The translations under genes were made by a program, and so were the position numbers. Source: Phaeosaccion multiseriatum (taxonomy: Eukaryota; Protista; Ochrophyta, other classes). From it: a stretch of 64,000 nucleotides of DNA. The notes under the pieces were generated by a model that worked only from the letters and a program-made list of their open reading frames with translations, was not told the DNA's origin and made no database searches. Numbering within the stretch: the stretch's first letter is position 1; each line of letters begins with the position of its first letter. Where the stretch lies: NCBI GenBank assembly GCA_965112735.1, contig OZ218958.1, positions 372,001 through 436,000 on the forward strand. The letters are read 5' to 3'. Shown one piece after another: positions 12,701-25,031 of this stretch.

Positions 12701-12814
12701 CCTCTGCCTGCTGATCTACCTGAGGGGCTTTACATAAACGAGTACGAGGACGAGGACGAGGGGGGGGAGGGAGAGGAGGAAGAAGAAGATGGTGATGAAC
12801 CCGGCGATTATTGA
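9790..12814 (+). CDS. Intronless FNIP/IP22-type leucine-rich-repeat protein with F-box-like N-terminus and acidic tail; two single-G frameshifts (~9984, ~10971)
   Basis: About 39 19-aa repeats alternating FNQHVVLPCGVEEVxMGxx and FNLPLDLPASLKKIxFxxx. Restoring one G at each shift gives one ORF whose N- and C-caps align with 39188-41128. Confidence 0.85.
10343..12610 (+). repeat. Coding tandem array: 57-bp half-units / 114-bp units, with a 399-bp higher-order repeat present nearly three times (~11370-12480)
   Basis: tttggcggttgcttcgatcagcacg recurs at ~11372, ~11771 and ~12170. Confidence 0.95.
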
Positions 12815-14044
12815 GCTCTAGGAGACAGACGTGTCCTTTGCAGCTAGGACAGCGCAGCGCTCCTCCGAGGAAAGAGAGGAGGGGGGGGGGCATGCAGCAC
12901 ACTGTGGACATCGTGGCTCGAGGCGAGTCATCGGAAGCTCTGGACGCTCCATTCACTACTTGACGACGGGCCTTGCCGTGGGACGGCCACTGCAGACATC
13001 GCTATCGCAGTGAGAGAGAGAGGTGCTGCCGGGCCTCTGAGAGCGTACCTACACCTCCAGGCTGTCGCACTCCCGCACTCTCGCTGCGCGATGGAAGGAA
13101 CATTCTCGCCGCTCATCATACCTCATCTCTCTTGAAGGCAGCCTGGGGATCATGCTCCATTCTTGTCCCGAGAGAGAGAGAGAGTGTGTGTGTGTGTGAG
13201 TGTCGGCAGCTACATGGCACCGCCCGATACGATGATGGGGCCTTGTGATGACTCTGAGCAGAAGGGCAGTCGCGCCACAGCGCACAAGAGTGCGGCGACT
13301 TTCCTTTCCACGCTTCGCAAGTGAGCTTCCTTTGATATAATATGTAATCTTAGCTCTTCTCTTTTTGCCTCATTCCCTTCCCCTCTCCCTCATTCCCTTC
13401 CCGCTCCAGCCTCATCGCCAGCAAGCTGTGGCGAGGCCTTCCTTGCCCGCACTCCTGCAATAAGCGGCATGAAGTGCCTCCTTTAAACCCCTCCCTCCCC
13501 CTCTACACACATAGTAGGAAGGTCGTAAAAGAAAACTTAACATCAATTCCTCTTCAAATCACATGCTACTCCATCCACTCCACCATACCACCAACTCGTC
13601 CACTCCGGACAGAACCTCAGATCAGCTGCCCAGTGTCACCAGTGTCCGTGCCGTGAGTAAGTAGCCTTGCTCCCTCTCCCTCTCTCCCTCTCCCTCTCCC
13701 TGTTAGTTGTCTCCTCCTTGGTCGTTGGAGTGCAGTAAGCAAGCAGCCTTGCTGTCTCACATCTGTCTCTTGTCTCTCATCTCCGCTGGATCTTCATGAG
13801 GTTTCTGAAGAGTCCCTTGACGGTAGGAGTGAGACGTGTCTTGTTGTTCAATTGTCGCCCACCTGTCGGAGAGCCTCGGCAGCTGAAGAGTGAGAGAGAA
13901 GTGGATAGATGGATGGCAGTGGATGGCAGTGGAGCAAGGGTAGAGTGCGGAGTGATGTGAGCGGGTGCCAAGGTCCCGGACTGGGAGACAGAGGGGACAC
14001 ATGCTCAAAGGCAGGTATATATGGGGAGGAGACAGGCATAGATA

Positions 14045-14175
<131 letters not shown>

Positions 14176-16026
14176 ACAGGTAAAATGAAAGTCGTCTTTG
14201 ACACGCAACACGCAGATAGACCACCAACGCATGCATGAACTTACTCGTGGGGTAGGGGTGGATGACGGCGGCGAGCTTTCCAATCCCAATACCATTCTGC
14301 ATCGCCACACTGAGCTTACTAATCAAGTCCCCTGCACTAGCCCCGACAATGGTGGCGCCGAGGAGGGTATCCGAGCCGGCCTTCACGTGCACCTTGACGA
14401 ATCCACTCGTGTCCCCCTCACAGATGGCTCGATCAACGCGAGTTGCTTGGTGTACGTGTCGTACTTGATGCCCTGCGCGTCGAGATCGCGTGGGTACAGG
14501 CGCACGTGTGCGACTTCGGGCTCCGTGTAGGTGGCCCAGGGAATGAGCAGGGAGCTGATAGTGGAGTAGAGTGGGGTGCAGTGGGGGTGTTGGGGTGGGG
14601 GTGGAGGGGAGGGGAAGAAGGAATGGGTGGAGGTGGAGAGGAGTGGAGTGGAAGGGAGTGGAGTGGAGTGGAGTGGAGTGGAGTGGAGGTGGAGGGGAGT
14701 GGAGTGGGGTGGAGTCGGGGTGAGGGTGCGGGTGGAGGGGAGGGGAAGAAGGAATGGGTAGAGGTGGAGAGGAGTGGAGTGGAAGGGAGAGGGGCGCAGG
14801 GGGGGGGGGTAGTGGAGTCGAGGTGGAGTGGAGTGGAGTGGGGTGGAGTGGGGGTGAGGGTGGGGGTGGAGGTGGAGAGGAGTGGAGATGGAGAGGAGGG
14901 GAGAGCGATAGGTCAGCATCTCTCATCCTACAAAGAAGAAGAAGAAAAAGAGAAGCGACAGACCCAATGGATGCGGGGCCGGCCCGCCTGTCACCTCTCC
15001 TTCCACCCGCACCTCCACCCGCTCCCCACCCACTACAAGGGATGCCACACCTCCGCTCCACAGCAAGATAAGATGATGTAAGATGACATGAGACAACATG
15101 AACATACCTGAACTTGCCCTTGCCGAAGAAGAGCGCGTTGCGAATGACGATTCGCGCCATAAAGTCCGACACGTGCGTGAACTGAAACGGTGTGCAGCAG
15201 TCCCCCACCGCGAAAATCGCCTTGTTGGACGTGTGCAGCTGATCGTTCACCTCCACCCCATTGCGAGTGTCATTTGAGGCCAATGCCCTGGACATTGGGT
15301 TTACGTCCTGTAGCAACGAGCAGTGCCTCGGTTTCGAACACCACCTCCTTCTCCTCCTCTCCATCGGATCCGTCCTGTCGGCACGTTACTCTCATGACGT
15401 TAGCGACGGTTGTCATACAGTCTCCACCGGCTGCTCCTTGTTTCCCTACAACTCTCTCCACCTTGTCAAACTTCAAGTAGAAGTTGAGCTTGATGCTGTA
15501 CTTTGAGGAGCTGCTCCTCCACGATGCGAGCGGCGTTTTCGTCCTCCTTGGGCATGATCGTTTGTTGGAGAGGGAGGGAGGGGAGGAAGGGAGGGAGGGG
15601 GAGGTAGAGGGAGGGGTGTGGAGGTGAGAGAGAAGGTGAGAGAGAGAGAGACAGAGAGGGGAAAGAGAGGGGAGGAGGAGAGGGGGAGAGAGAGACATAG
15701 AGAAGAGAGTCTTACCTGGTCAGAGCGCACCAACACGGTTACTTCCGATCCGAAGCGGCGCATTGCTTGGGCAAGCTCCAGACCGATGGGCCCTGGGGGG
15801 GTGTTGGGCGGGTTGGGTTTGGGTTGGATTGGATAGAGGGTTGGGGTGTCAGGGTGGGGACAATGATTGATGGCCCAGGCACAACTAGCAAGAGAAGGGG
15901 AGCAGGGCGAGGCAGGAGAGAAGCGTTGCGCGCTTTGGGGTCAAGCAGAGCAGGAGTAGCAGGGGTAGTAGTGGTAGTAGTAGTAGTAGAAGTAACAGTA
16001 GTAGTACTATAAGAAGTAGCAGCAGT

Positions 16027-16028
16027 AA

Positions 16029-16120
<92 letters not shown>
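16027..16120. repeat. (AGT)n intronic microsatellite
   Basis: Seen directly. Confidence 0.95.
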
Positions 16121-16121
<1 letters not shown>

Positions 16122-17623
16122 CAGTAGAAGAAGAAGGAGGAGTACACATGCATGTACATGCATTGTCTCTTACCTCCGCCAATGACGAGCATCCTCGGGG
16201 GCAAAGTGGTGAGATTGAAGATGGAGTTATTGGTGAGGTATGGGGCCTCGGCAAGACCCGGGGATGGGCAGGAGGACCGCTGTGCCACCGGTACCGACGA
16301 CCGCCCGGGGGGAGAGTAGTTGGAGGCGTATGAGGAGGGAGAAGATACGGGGGGGGGAGGGAGTGGGGAGGACAGAGAGAATACAAAAGGAGAGGGCAAG
16401 CAGACATGGGTGTGGTGCGAAGGACACACTTACACCACAAGACGGGCTCAATCACCTCCCCAGCTAGTCCACCCACCACCCTCCATCCCTCAAGCTATGA
16501 CATACGACACCATTGACATACTGCACCCACCCACCCGCCCATTCTGACATACACCTATTGACTATTGGCATACCTTCTTGAACTTGAGGGTCTTACCATT
16601 GACCTCAATGGTGTTGGGTCCTGTGAAGGTCCCTCTACCCAAGAAGACGTCGATGCCGAGGTCGTTCCTGAAACGTTCGGCAGAGTCGTGGTGGGAGATG
16701 CCAGCTGACAGAGAGAGGAGAGAGGGGGGGGGGATGGCAGTTGATGGGGGTGGTGAGGGAGGAACGTGAGGGGCTCAAGGGGGTGGAGAGAGAGAGAGAG
16801 AGAGAGCTACGCATCCATGCCTTGCCTTGCTTCTATGCCTGTTGCCTCTACGCCTGTTGCCTCTATGCCTCTATGCCGTTACATGTATGCATGTTGGTGG
16901 TCAAACTTCATACCTCGTATCTTTTGCCCATGCCCTCCATGACCTTCGCGAAGCCGATGGTGACACTCTCTACCGTCACGCCGTACTCCGCCCCTCCTGT
17001 GGTCATCATGTGAGCCGCCTGTGTGTACAGTTGACGCCAAGTGTGAGATGGACAATGGACATATAACACGACGACATAAGGAGAGGGAGGGAGAGGGCGA
17101 GAGATACATAGATACAGAGGAGCGGCATGGACGGAGAGAGGCACACGAATAAAAAAAAAACCCCACAGTCTACACCTCCCTCCCTTCCGCCCCGTATTGA
17201 CGACGTACTTCGGCGGGAAGCCGCCTAGGATCTGTGCTGTCTCCGCCTCCTTCCACTTCTTGAAATCCTGAAAGGAGGAGTCGCCGTCAAAGCCATGATT
17301 GGCCGTAGTGAGTGAGTGCGTTGACATCTTGCCACCCTTGGAGGTGCTCCATTTGCGCCACTCACTGCTCATCCTGTCTTTCTTCGGCAAGGTCTGCACT
17401 CCTTCAGGCGCTGCTGCTGCTGCTGCGGCCGCCCCCTTCGCGGCCCTCCCTTGCGCTATTAGCTTGCTTCTCGTCCTTCCTGTTCTCTTTTTCAATATTT
17501 TTCCTCGGATCCTCGTAGGTTTAATATATTACACCCTTAAGTGCCATCTATGGTTGTCTAAAAGTAATGTCTCACCGCCCCGGGGAACTTAGCCCTCGAG
17601 GTCGTGTCCCGTAGGGACCGAGT

Positions 17624-17852
17624 TCGCGTGTTGGTGCTTCAATACAGCCTTCACAGATCCACAGAGGCAGACACCAGATTTCGGGGAGCAAGCTCTGAAA
17701 AAAGCCATCCACTGACTGCTGTCAGCTATCATCGCTCTCAGTACCGGGCCCCCGCCTTTTTTCTTTCCCCCGGAAGGGGAGCACAATGAAACGACGCGGT
17801 GAGGAGTGCCGACAACAGGGAGTGGCAGGAGAGGCGGGGAGGATGATATCTC
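17624..17852 (+). pseudogene. Orphan copy of the upstream region and first ~20 codons of the FNIP gene at 9790
   Basis: Matches 9574-9592 and 9732-9856. ATG at 17786 reads MKRRGEECRQQG versus MKRRCEERRQQG. Confidence 0.85.
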
Positions 17853-17861
17853 GTTGTACGC

Positions 17862-18175
17862 TTACTGCAACAAGCTCTGAGCCTGCTTGTTACACCCCTT
17901 CTTAATGCATATACGTCTCGCCTCCTTCTTGATCGCCCCCTCGGTGGACGGACCCTCCCCCTTCCCCCTCGCAGTCGGGTTGAAGAGGCGCCTCTCGCCT
18001 GGCTTGCTGTGAAAGGAACACTTCCCGCCGCACTTGGACTGCTGCTTCTTCTCGCACTGTCCCTCCTCGTTCTTGAAGGTACACAGCTTGGCACGGGGCC
18101 TCTTGGCCTTCATCTCGTTGTACGCTGGGCGGTCAAACACTTGCAAGCACGCTGTACAGCATCCATTCTTCACAG
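17862..18175 (-). pseudogene. Fragment with Cys/His zinc-finger-like repeats (CxxxGCxKxAQ type)
   Basis: KLCTFKNEEGQCEKKQQSKCGGKCSFHS and RRICIKKGCNKQAQ. Confidence 0.45.
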
Positions 18176-18299
18176 ATGTCGGCCCAAAAAGGGAGAAGAA
18201 AAGGAAATTGGAAATTTTCCCCGCCTGCGGCGCCACCCCTCAGTTCACTCGGTGCAATGGCCCCTTGCAGGAAAACCTGACCCGCCTTAATGTAGCTTT

Positions 18300-21200
18300 A
18301 GGCAGATGACCAGACCAACTTGAGTAAAGAAAGAAGCTGTCTGAAGTATACATATTTCATTTTCAAAACGATTATCACCATCTGCGCCACGTCGCTCCCG
18401 GGTGGGCTGGCCTTCAGCCGGGTTCATTCTGAGAGAGCATCGGGAACAAAACCAGGGTTCGCTCTCGGGTGGAAGGCTAGGCAGTGGTGGATCAAGGCAA
18501 TAAAGATGGCATCGCTCGCGGCACTTTGGACCATCGCACTTGAGGATGAAGTGCCTCTTCTTGTTCCTCTGACATGCTGAGCAGCGTGTGCTGACCGTGG
18601 GTGCACCCTTCGCATCCGAGTCCTTCGCAGCTCCTGCTCTCTTGCCTCCATCGCCAGCACCACTGTGGTACCTCTTGGCTGTATTCCACTTGCTTCCCTC
18701 ACACGTCGCCCGCGCGCTGCTGGTCGTGCCGGTCTTCGTTTCCTGCGCTTGCTTTGCTCTTGTGTAGTGGTGTTCCTCTTCGTCCTCCTCTTCACTACTG
18801 CTGCCACTGCTGCTGCTACTGCAGTACGCGAAGCCGAGGGCGTCACTTGTTTGAAATCCAATGACCCTTGCCTGTTCTTCCAGAAGCGCTCTATGGCTGC
18901 CCTTGACGAGTTCTTGGCAGTGTGCTGTCAACATAGTGAGGCTCCTCAACTGATGGCCGCGGCCGGTAGCGTTGTAAATCGCCTCGATGGCCACATCGTT
19001 CGAGCCGCCGCTGTCGCACACAAACACCAGCCACGTCATCAACCACCTCCGCCTCCTCGACTTGTTGTAACCCCGCATCTGTTGACTGCCGGTGGAAGGG
19101 GCGGATTTGTCGCCTAGGAGGCCCAATTTGCTTGCTTGTCCTCTCCTCGACCAAATCGTCCAGAAGCTGAGCGAGCAAGTACATATGCCCACCTCCTCCC
19201 CGCGCTGCCTTCACAAGGGCGATATCGTAACGCCGTAGGACGAAGCGCCGAAGAGACTTTACGCTTCCCGGTGCACTCTGGCGTCCCTTTCTACCCTTCT
19301 TTAGCACCGCTTTTGTCACAGTGCTTGTGGTCTGCACCGACGACAAGAATGACCCCGCTGCTGAGAGTGAGGCGTCTCGGGTTGGCAAGGGCGCGCGCGA
19401 GAGGACGAGGGGCACGGTCCCAACGCCGTAGCGCGCTCTGAACGCGAGAGTTGTCAGGACAGCCTCTTTCTTCTTTTTCTCCGCCGCTGCCTTTTCCTGT
19501 GCTGCCTGCCTCCTCCCACTCTGCCATCTTGTCTCTCAGAAGAAGGACCCTCTCCTCCGTGTTAAGGTCCTTACATGTCGACGTTGACTCCCCGATGGCG
19601 TTCAAGCGACGTGCTGCAGCGGAGCCCTGCTTGCGGCTCGCAACGGCTGCGATAGTTTGTCCATAGACTGTAAACGCTCATGAGGAAGGAGAAGGAGGTG
19701 CTGCACAGCTGCCACATCGTCCGTCATGAGCAGCTGCTGTGCCTTCGTCGGCCTGCGCAGGTGTAAGGTCCAGCAGGGGGTGTTTGACCATGTCGGCTGC
19801 GAAGGACGAAGAGCCCACTCCTGCAACTGCGATGCCTTGGCGTCTCCACTGGCCCGTGTGACGTCAGCAGCAGGGGCCCTTCCGCTGGTGAAGTCGGCGA
19901 AAGACATGGGCGGGCAAAAACATGTCGCCTTGAATGCGGACTTGATGGTTTCCGACTTGTGTGACTCTCCCCTTGAGCATGGGAGGCCAGAACAAGAAAC
20001 TCCTGTCGGCTCATGTTCGCTCTGTTGAAGAGTCGCTGCCAGGCCGAGAAACCGGACTTGAAAGGGCGAAAGACTTTGACGTCCAGAGGTTGGAAAGTCC
20101 CCCGATGTGATGCCGGCTTCGCGCATAGCGTGAAGAGCATCCGGGGTCATTGTGTGCGAACCGTAGCCATCCACCAGGAGCAAAATCGGCACGAGCTCGT
20201 CGGTGGCGTATCCGTTCTCCGTGTAATGGATCTCTGCTGTGGCGGGCAAGGACTGTTCCAAGTCAGAGCCAGGTGATGCATCCGCACTGGCAATGTGTGC
20301 CTGCCTCCGTGCTCCAGCAATGACGAAGAACGGGCTCATGCATCCACCAGCGGCATCGACAGCACCGACCAGAGTGACGTGACTTGATCGCTCCTGAGCT
20401 GTCGTTGACACATGCTCGTGCACCCTTACGAGTAACAACGGTCATGAGACCGATTGGTGTTCCAGAACTGCACCGGTCGGAGGTCCTCCACCTCACACCC
20501 AGATGCCACAGCCAGCTTTGCCAGCATACTGAGAAGGGGAGATGAGCAAGCGAGGCAGAGAACAATTATTATCGTGGTGATACGGAGGACAATGGGAAAC
20601 GTCATTTGGTGGGGGAGAGTATAGGCCTTTCTCTCTCTCTCTCTACCCTCTTCCCTCTCCATCTTCATCTCCCTCTCCCCTTCCGTATCCCTCACACTCT
20701 CTCTCCCTCCTTCCCCCTCTTCCTCGCCCTCGCCCTCTCCCCCCTCCCTCTCCCAATGCCCTGTCCCTGTCGCACGCGCCTCTCCTCTGTCCTGTCCCTA
20801 CCCCCACCCTCCTCTGCAGTCACTTTGGGGGCCGGTGCCCTCCACGAATGTAGACTCACCTAGGTAGGTAGGAACTCGTCTAGATACTCCCTCCTTGTCG
20901 TGTCGTTGCAGCCCCGCTCCATTTGTCAGCGCAAGGGGCTGGGCTCGCCGCGTCACTAAACTTGGGTGGCGGCGCTTGAAGCCCTACAGCCAGCCTCCTG
21001 ATGCCACGAATGAAGCAACTCCCAATGCATGGGCCATTCTCCTGGCCAGGGAGCCTACATGGTTCCAGTCAAACCCACAGCCGCTGTCTGCCATGTCCAC
21101 AACAAAGCCCCACCAAGGCTTGATTGCCCTTCCCACCGACAGCCACAGAAACAACCCGTCCCTTGCACCTATACTCCTGAGCAGTCTTGGTGATTCCATA

Positions 21201-21340
21201 TTGCCGCGCCGCCTTCCTAAGGCTGACTTTATCATTCTTCACAGCAGATAGAGCCTTGTCCATGTGTGCCTTCTCTGTGGACCCCTCGACATGTTCGTAT
21301 CGCCGTCTACACTCATTGTGGTTGCTGTCCCGCTGATGCA
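18300..21340 (-). mobile_element. Degenerate pogo/Fot1-like (Tc1-mariner superfamily) transposase: psq-type HTH, CENP-B HTH, DDE_1 domain, downstream PHD finger
   Basis: HMDKALSAVKNDKVSLRKAARQYGI; FVASGGWL*GFKRRH; HVTLVGAVDAAGGCMSPFFVIAG; LLLVDGYGSH; FQPLDVKVFRPFK; PHD CSAC..LKCDGPKCRERCHLYCLDPPL..WFCSRC. Many frameshifts; no TIRs recognised. Confidence 0.85.
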
Positions 21341-23089
21341 AATGGCACGCTGGTGAGCCTCTGCGCCAAAGCTTGCCGTGCTCTCTTCGACAGCGGCCTC
21401 CCCTTTACATCCTTCCACACTCCGAAGGTCAATGGCCGTTGCTGCAGTCGCGAGCGCAGGCGGCTGTGGCACAAGTGACGAAGAGTTTACCTATCGGGGT
21501 TTGGTGCCACCCGCCAGGAGATTCCTCCATACTGCTCCTGCTGCTGCTGCTGCTGCTGATGCTGATGCTGCTGCCGCCGCTAATGCTTCTGAAGCTGCTG
21601 GTGCTCGTGGTTGTGGTGGTGGCACTCGCTCCTGCCTCGACGGCTCCCTTTCCCCCCCCTTCTGCTGCCCTCCATCAAATGTCGTGGCTCTGCCCTTCTC
21701 CTCAGTCCTCAGGGTGGCCGTCATCTCCACTACCACCAGGCTCGACGTCAGAGGTCTCTCTCTCTCTCAATCATCAGCAGACATGTGTGATCTCAGATTC
21801 CTGGATGTCTTGTGGTCGCCATTCGTCGCCTGCTGGAAGTCATTCCACGTCATCGACGGAAGGTCCTTCCCAACGCTCTCAAGGATGGATTCATCAGATA
21901 GCCCCTTCACGTTAAGCCTGCCATGACAAGACGAAGAACAAGCAAGGGTGAGACCATGAAATTCGGAAGGGTCGTTCCCAAGCTTCACACATGTTGCTGT
22001 GGCTCACCTTGCTTGGTGTCTCTCCCCTCAGCTCGGCCAAGAAAGCCTTCAGTCCCTCCTTGTTGGTACCAGGTGTGCCACTCACACCTTTGAATAACTT
22101 CTGGACATCGTTGTTGGTAAGTTCCTTCACGTCGTGATTCTTCTTCTCTCTTCTCTGGGTCCCTCACGTGGCAAACCAAGGCTCGTTTGAAGTCCAAGAA
22201 GGAAAGCACTCCCGCAGCCATCATCTTGTCCGGCCATTGCAATGGGGGCGACGCTGCAGCCGGAACAGCAGCCGCAGCAGAGGCCATAAGCAAAAATGGT
22301 TAAAATCTGGGGAAGACATTACTTTTAGTACTTTACGTAAGTACGTCACGTAAGGGTTGTCTGTCCGATGGGGAAATTGCCCCTCCCCTCGCCTTTCCAG
22401 AGGTGCGTGTGACTTTCTGCTCAGCGTCCAGAGTAGCCATAGGTAAGGGAGGCACAATAAAGCCCATCAGAACCTCAAACAACCTGTATCCTTCAGAGTT
22501 AGCGGCAACACCGATTATGTATTACTCTTACCTTGCCTACGAGCAGGCTACAAGATTATAATAGGAGGCTTCACATATTGGCACAGAGCCAGTGGAGTAT
22601 TCTCTAAACCTCTTTTGTAGAGCTTGTGGGCACAGCATATAATTGAGCCACCTAGGATGTGGGACAAGCCACACACCACAGACAACCAACCAACACGGGG
22701 GTTCTTGTATCCTATGTCGAGTGTGTATGAGCTTTCCTTTGTCTATCTCCCATTCTTATCTATCCTCCACCTGCGACTAACCGCTCATATGAGGCTCGAG
22801 TTCCCCAACTGGCGGCAATCCGGATTCGAACATACCAAGCACCTTTGAGACTCCACACAGGGGGGCAGGGCCGGGTGCGCAAAGACTCGTCCTCCTCTCT
22901 AACTTTCGACTGGCAACTAGCCCCCATACCCAAGGGGGGGGGGGGGGGGGGGGGTGAATGCTGGGAAATTAGGGGTTTCCAGACCGTGAAGGTAGTGAAA
23001 ACCGCCCTTTCAAACAAAAAATCGCAATTTTGAGCAGGAAGTATCCTAGAGTATGACCTTCAAAAACTGTCTAAACTGTTCTGGGGGGA

Positions 23090-23206
23090 GACCAGATGTT
23101 CGAGTGGTCTAAGAAGCTGTGTTAAGGTATATGGGCATGATATGACGTCACCACCCTGTTAAACCCGCAGTCCTCCGGGGCGTGGGTTCAAATCCCACTC
23201 TGGTCA
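23090..23206 (+). tRNA. tRNA-Leu(AAG) with a 37-nt intron (23128-23164)
   Basis: Acceptor stem GACCAGA/TCTGGTC + A; D-loop GAGTGGTCTAAG; anticodon stem CTGTG/CGCAG with TT-AAG-G; intron at canonical 37/38; long variable arm; T arm GTGGG-TTCAAAT-CCCAC. Confidence 0.9.
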
Positions 23207-23212
23207 GATCGA

Positions 23213-23217
23213 TTTTT
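23213..23217 (+). terminator. RNA polymerase III terminator (T5)
   Basis: TTTTT 6 nt downstream of the tRNA. Confidence 0.75.
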
Positions 23218-23537
23218 GCTCAAGGAGCACCTCTTTTGGGTGTTTTGATTTACCTTTTTTTGTTCTCTTGCACCCCCCTCACTATGCCACTCTGGTCAGT
23301 CCGATTTTTAATTCGACAGCTCTTCTTTTGGGGTATTGATTAGGTATTTTGTTTCATTTTTTTGTTTTTTTTGCCCCCCCCTCTTTTTCCCCTGGCGCCT
23401 CTTGTATAGCGTTACCCACACTGCCAATGTTACATACCCTGCCTTCTAACGCGGTTTTGTCCTCATAGAGCTCTCCCTACCTCCTCTGCCCCCCCTTCTT
23501 CATCCTTCATCCCCTCCACATCCTGCACTCGCCATTT

Positions 23538-24975
23538 GTGATTCCCTCCTGCTCTGCTCCTCCTGCCTGGCCTCCGCTCCTTTCACTTTCTCGTCCTCCA
23601 CTCTCGTCTGCCTTCTTCTTGCCAACCCCAGTCTTCTTCCTGCCGAGGCGCAGCAGGAGAGGCCCGCCTCGCGAACGAGGAGAACATCGATATATTCGCC
23701 AGCTGTGAGCTGAATGTCCAACACTCCACCCAAGAAGAAAGAAAAAGAAATCGAAAAATATTTGCCTGCCTCCCTCTCCCTCTCCCTTTCTCTCCCCTCT
23801 CGCCCTCACAACCGACAACCCGAACGAATCCGCAGCATTGGTCAGAGCAGGCAGCGTTACGACAGGAGAAGCAGGATCAAGGAGCAGAAGGAGGAGGGAG
23901 AAGCAGGTAAATACTTTAGGAATCCTTCTCGTTTCAGTAATCTGGCGCCATAATCAGTCATCAGGCCGGCTGCGCCGGCCGTAATCAGTCATCAGATAAC
24001 CTTGTCCAGGGTCGATCCTTCCACCTCTCTCTCTCTCTCTCTCTCTCTCATTCTGTTTTGCGAAAACAATGTCTCTGTACTGCTCTCGGGCCGCCATGAC
24101 TAAGGTCTGCGGGGGCCTTTGCTATTTCGCTCTCGGCTCTTGCGTATTTGGTCTTCCTAGGGAGCCTCCGGTTGTTCCTGCGCGGCCACCGTTGCTGCCC
24201 CTTCTGGGACGTTTGCTTAGCAGCGGCATCTACGGCAGGCCTCCGCCATGGCGGACAGGGATGGACTTTCAACAGATGGCAGTGTGCATAGCTCTTCGAC
24301 GGCCCATACCCACAGACCAAAGCTTGAAAGGATGGGGAGAGGTGTGTGGGACAAAACTATGAATTTCACCATCCCCACCAACCAAGGCACCCATGACCAC
24401 GCCAAGGAAAAGCGTGGGGAATCGTCGTGGAGGTTCAAGGTGGTGCGGTTTACGCACAGCACGCAGGTGCAAATCGTTCTCATGGGGCTGCTGTTTTTGG
24501 GCGTCATTATCCTCTTTCTGGAGCTGCTGTTCTTGGCACAATACCCACACTGCTCCATCATTGAGAGAGATGCGATTTCATGCTGTCCAGCTGCTTCGTC
24601 AGAGGGGGAGGAGGAGGAGCACCACAGCAGCCATCACTTTTGCGAGACTCCGCTTGAAGCCGCCAGCTCCCATGAAGCTAGCTGCGATGAACACAAGTGG
24701 TCCAACATCCATACCACGGAGATGGTGCTTTTTGGATTGACCGTTGCCATCTTATCCCTCTTCTTTGTGGAGCTCAATGCATCCATGATCGCTCTGATGC
24801 CCCAAGTCTTTTTTCGCCAGTTTTTCTTCTTGCTGGACTACGTCATCATCACCGTCAGCTTGGCCATGGAACTTGCCTTTCATTTCCTCGACGAGTTCAT
24901 TTTTCAATCTCTGGTGGGCATCCTCGTCGTCATCAGGATCTGGCGTTTCATTAGGTGCGTAAAGCGCGCGCACTT

Positions 24976-25031
<56 letters not shown>

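Noticed and set aside
17175-17495. Small minus-strand ORF as the N-terminus of the reductase
   Set aside because: No FAD-binding GxGxxG or CxxxxC motif; appears to be an unrelated fragment of unknown identity
22810-22832. tRNA T-loop/PBS-like sequence (minus strand GTTCGAATCC...GCCA)
   Set aside because: No T stem or cloverleaf, spacing to CCA is 2 nt short, and no adjacent LTR was recognised
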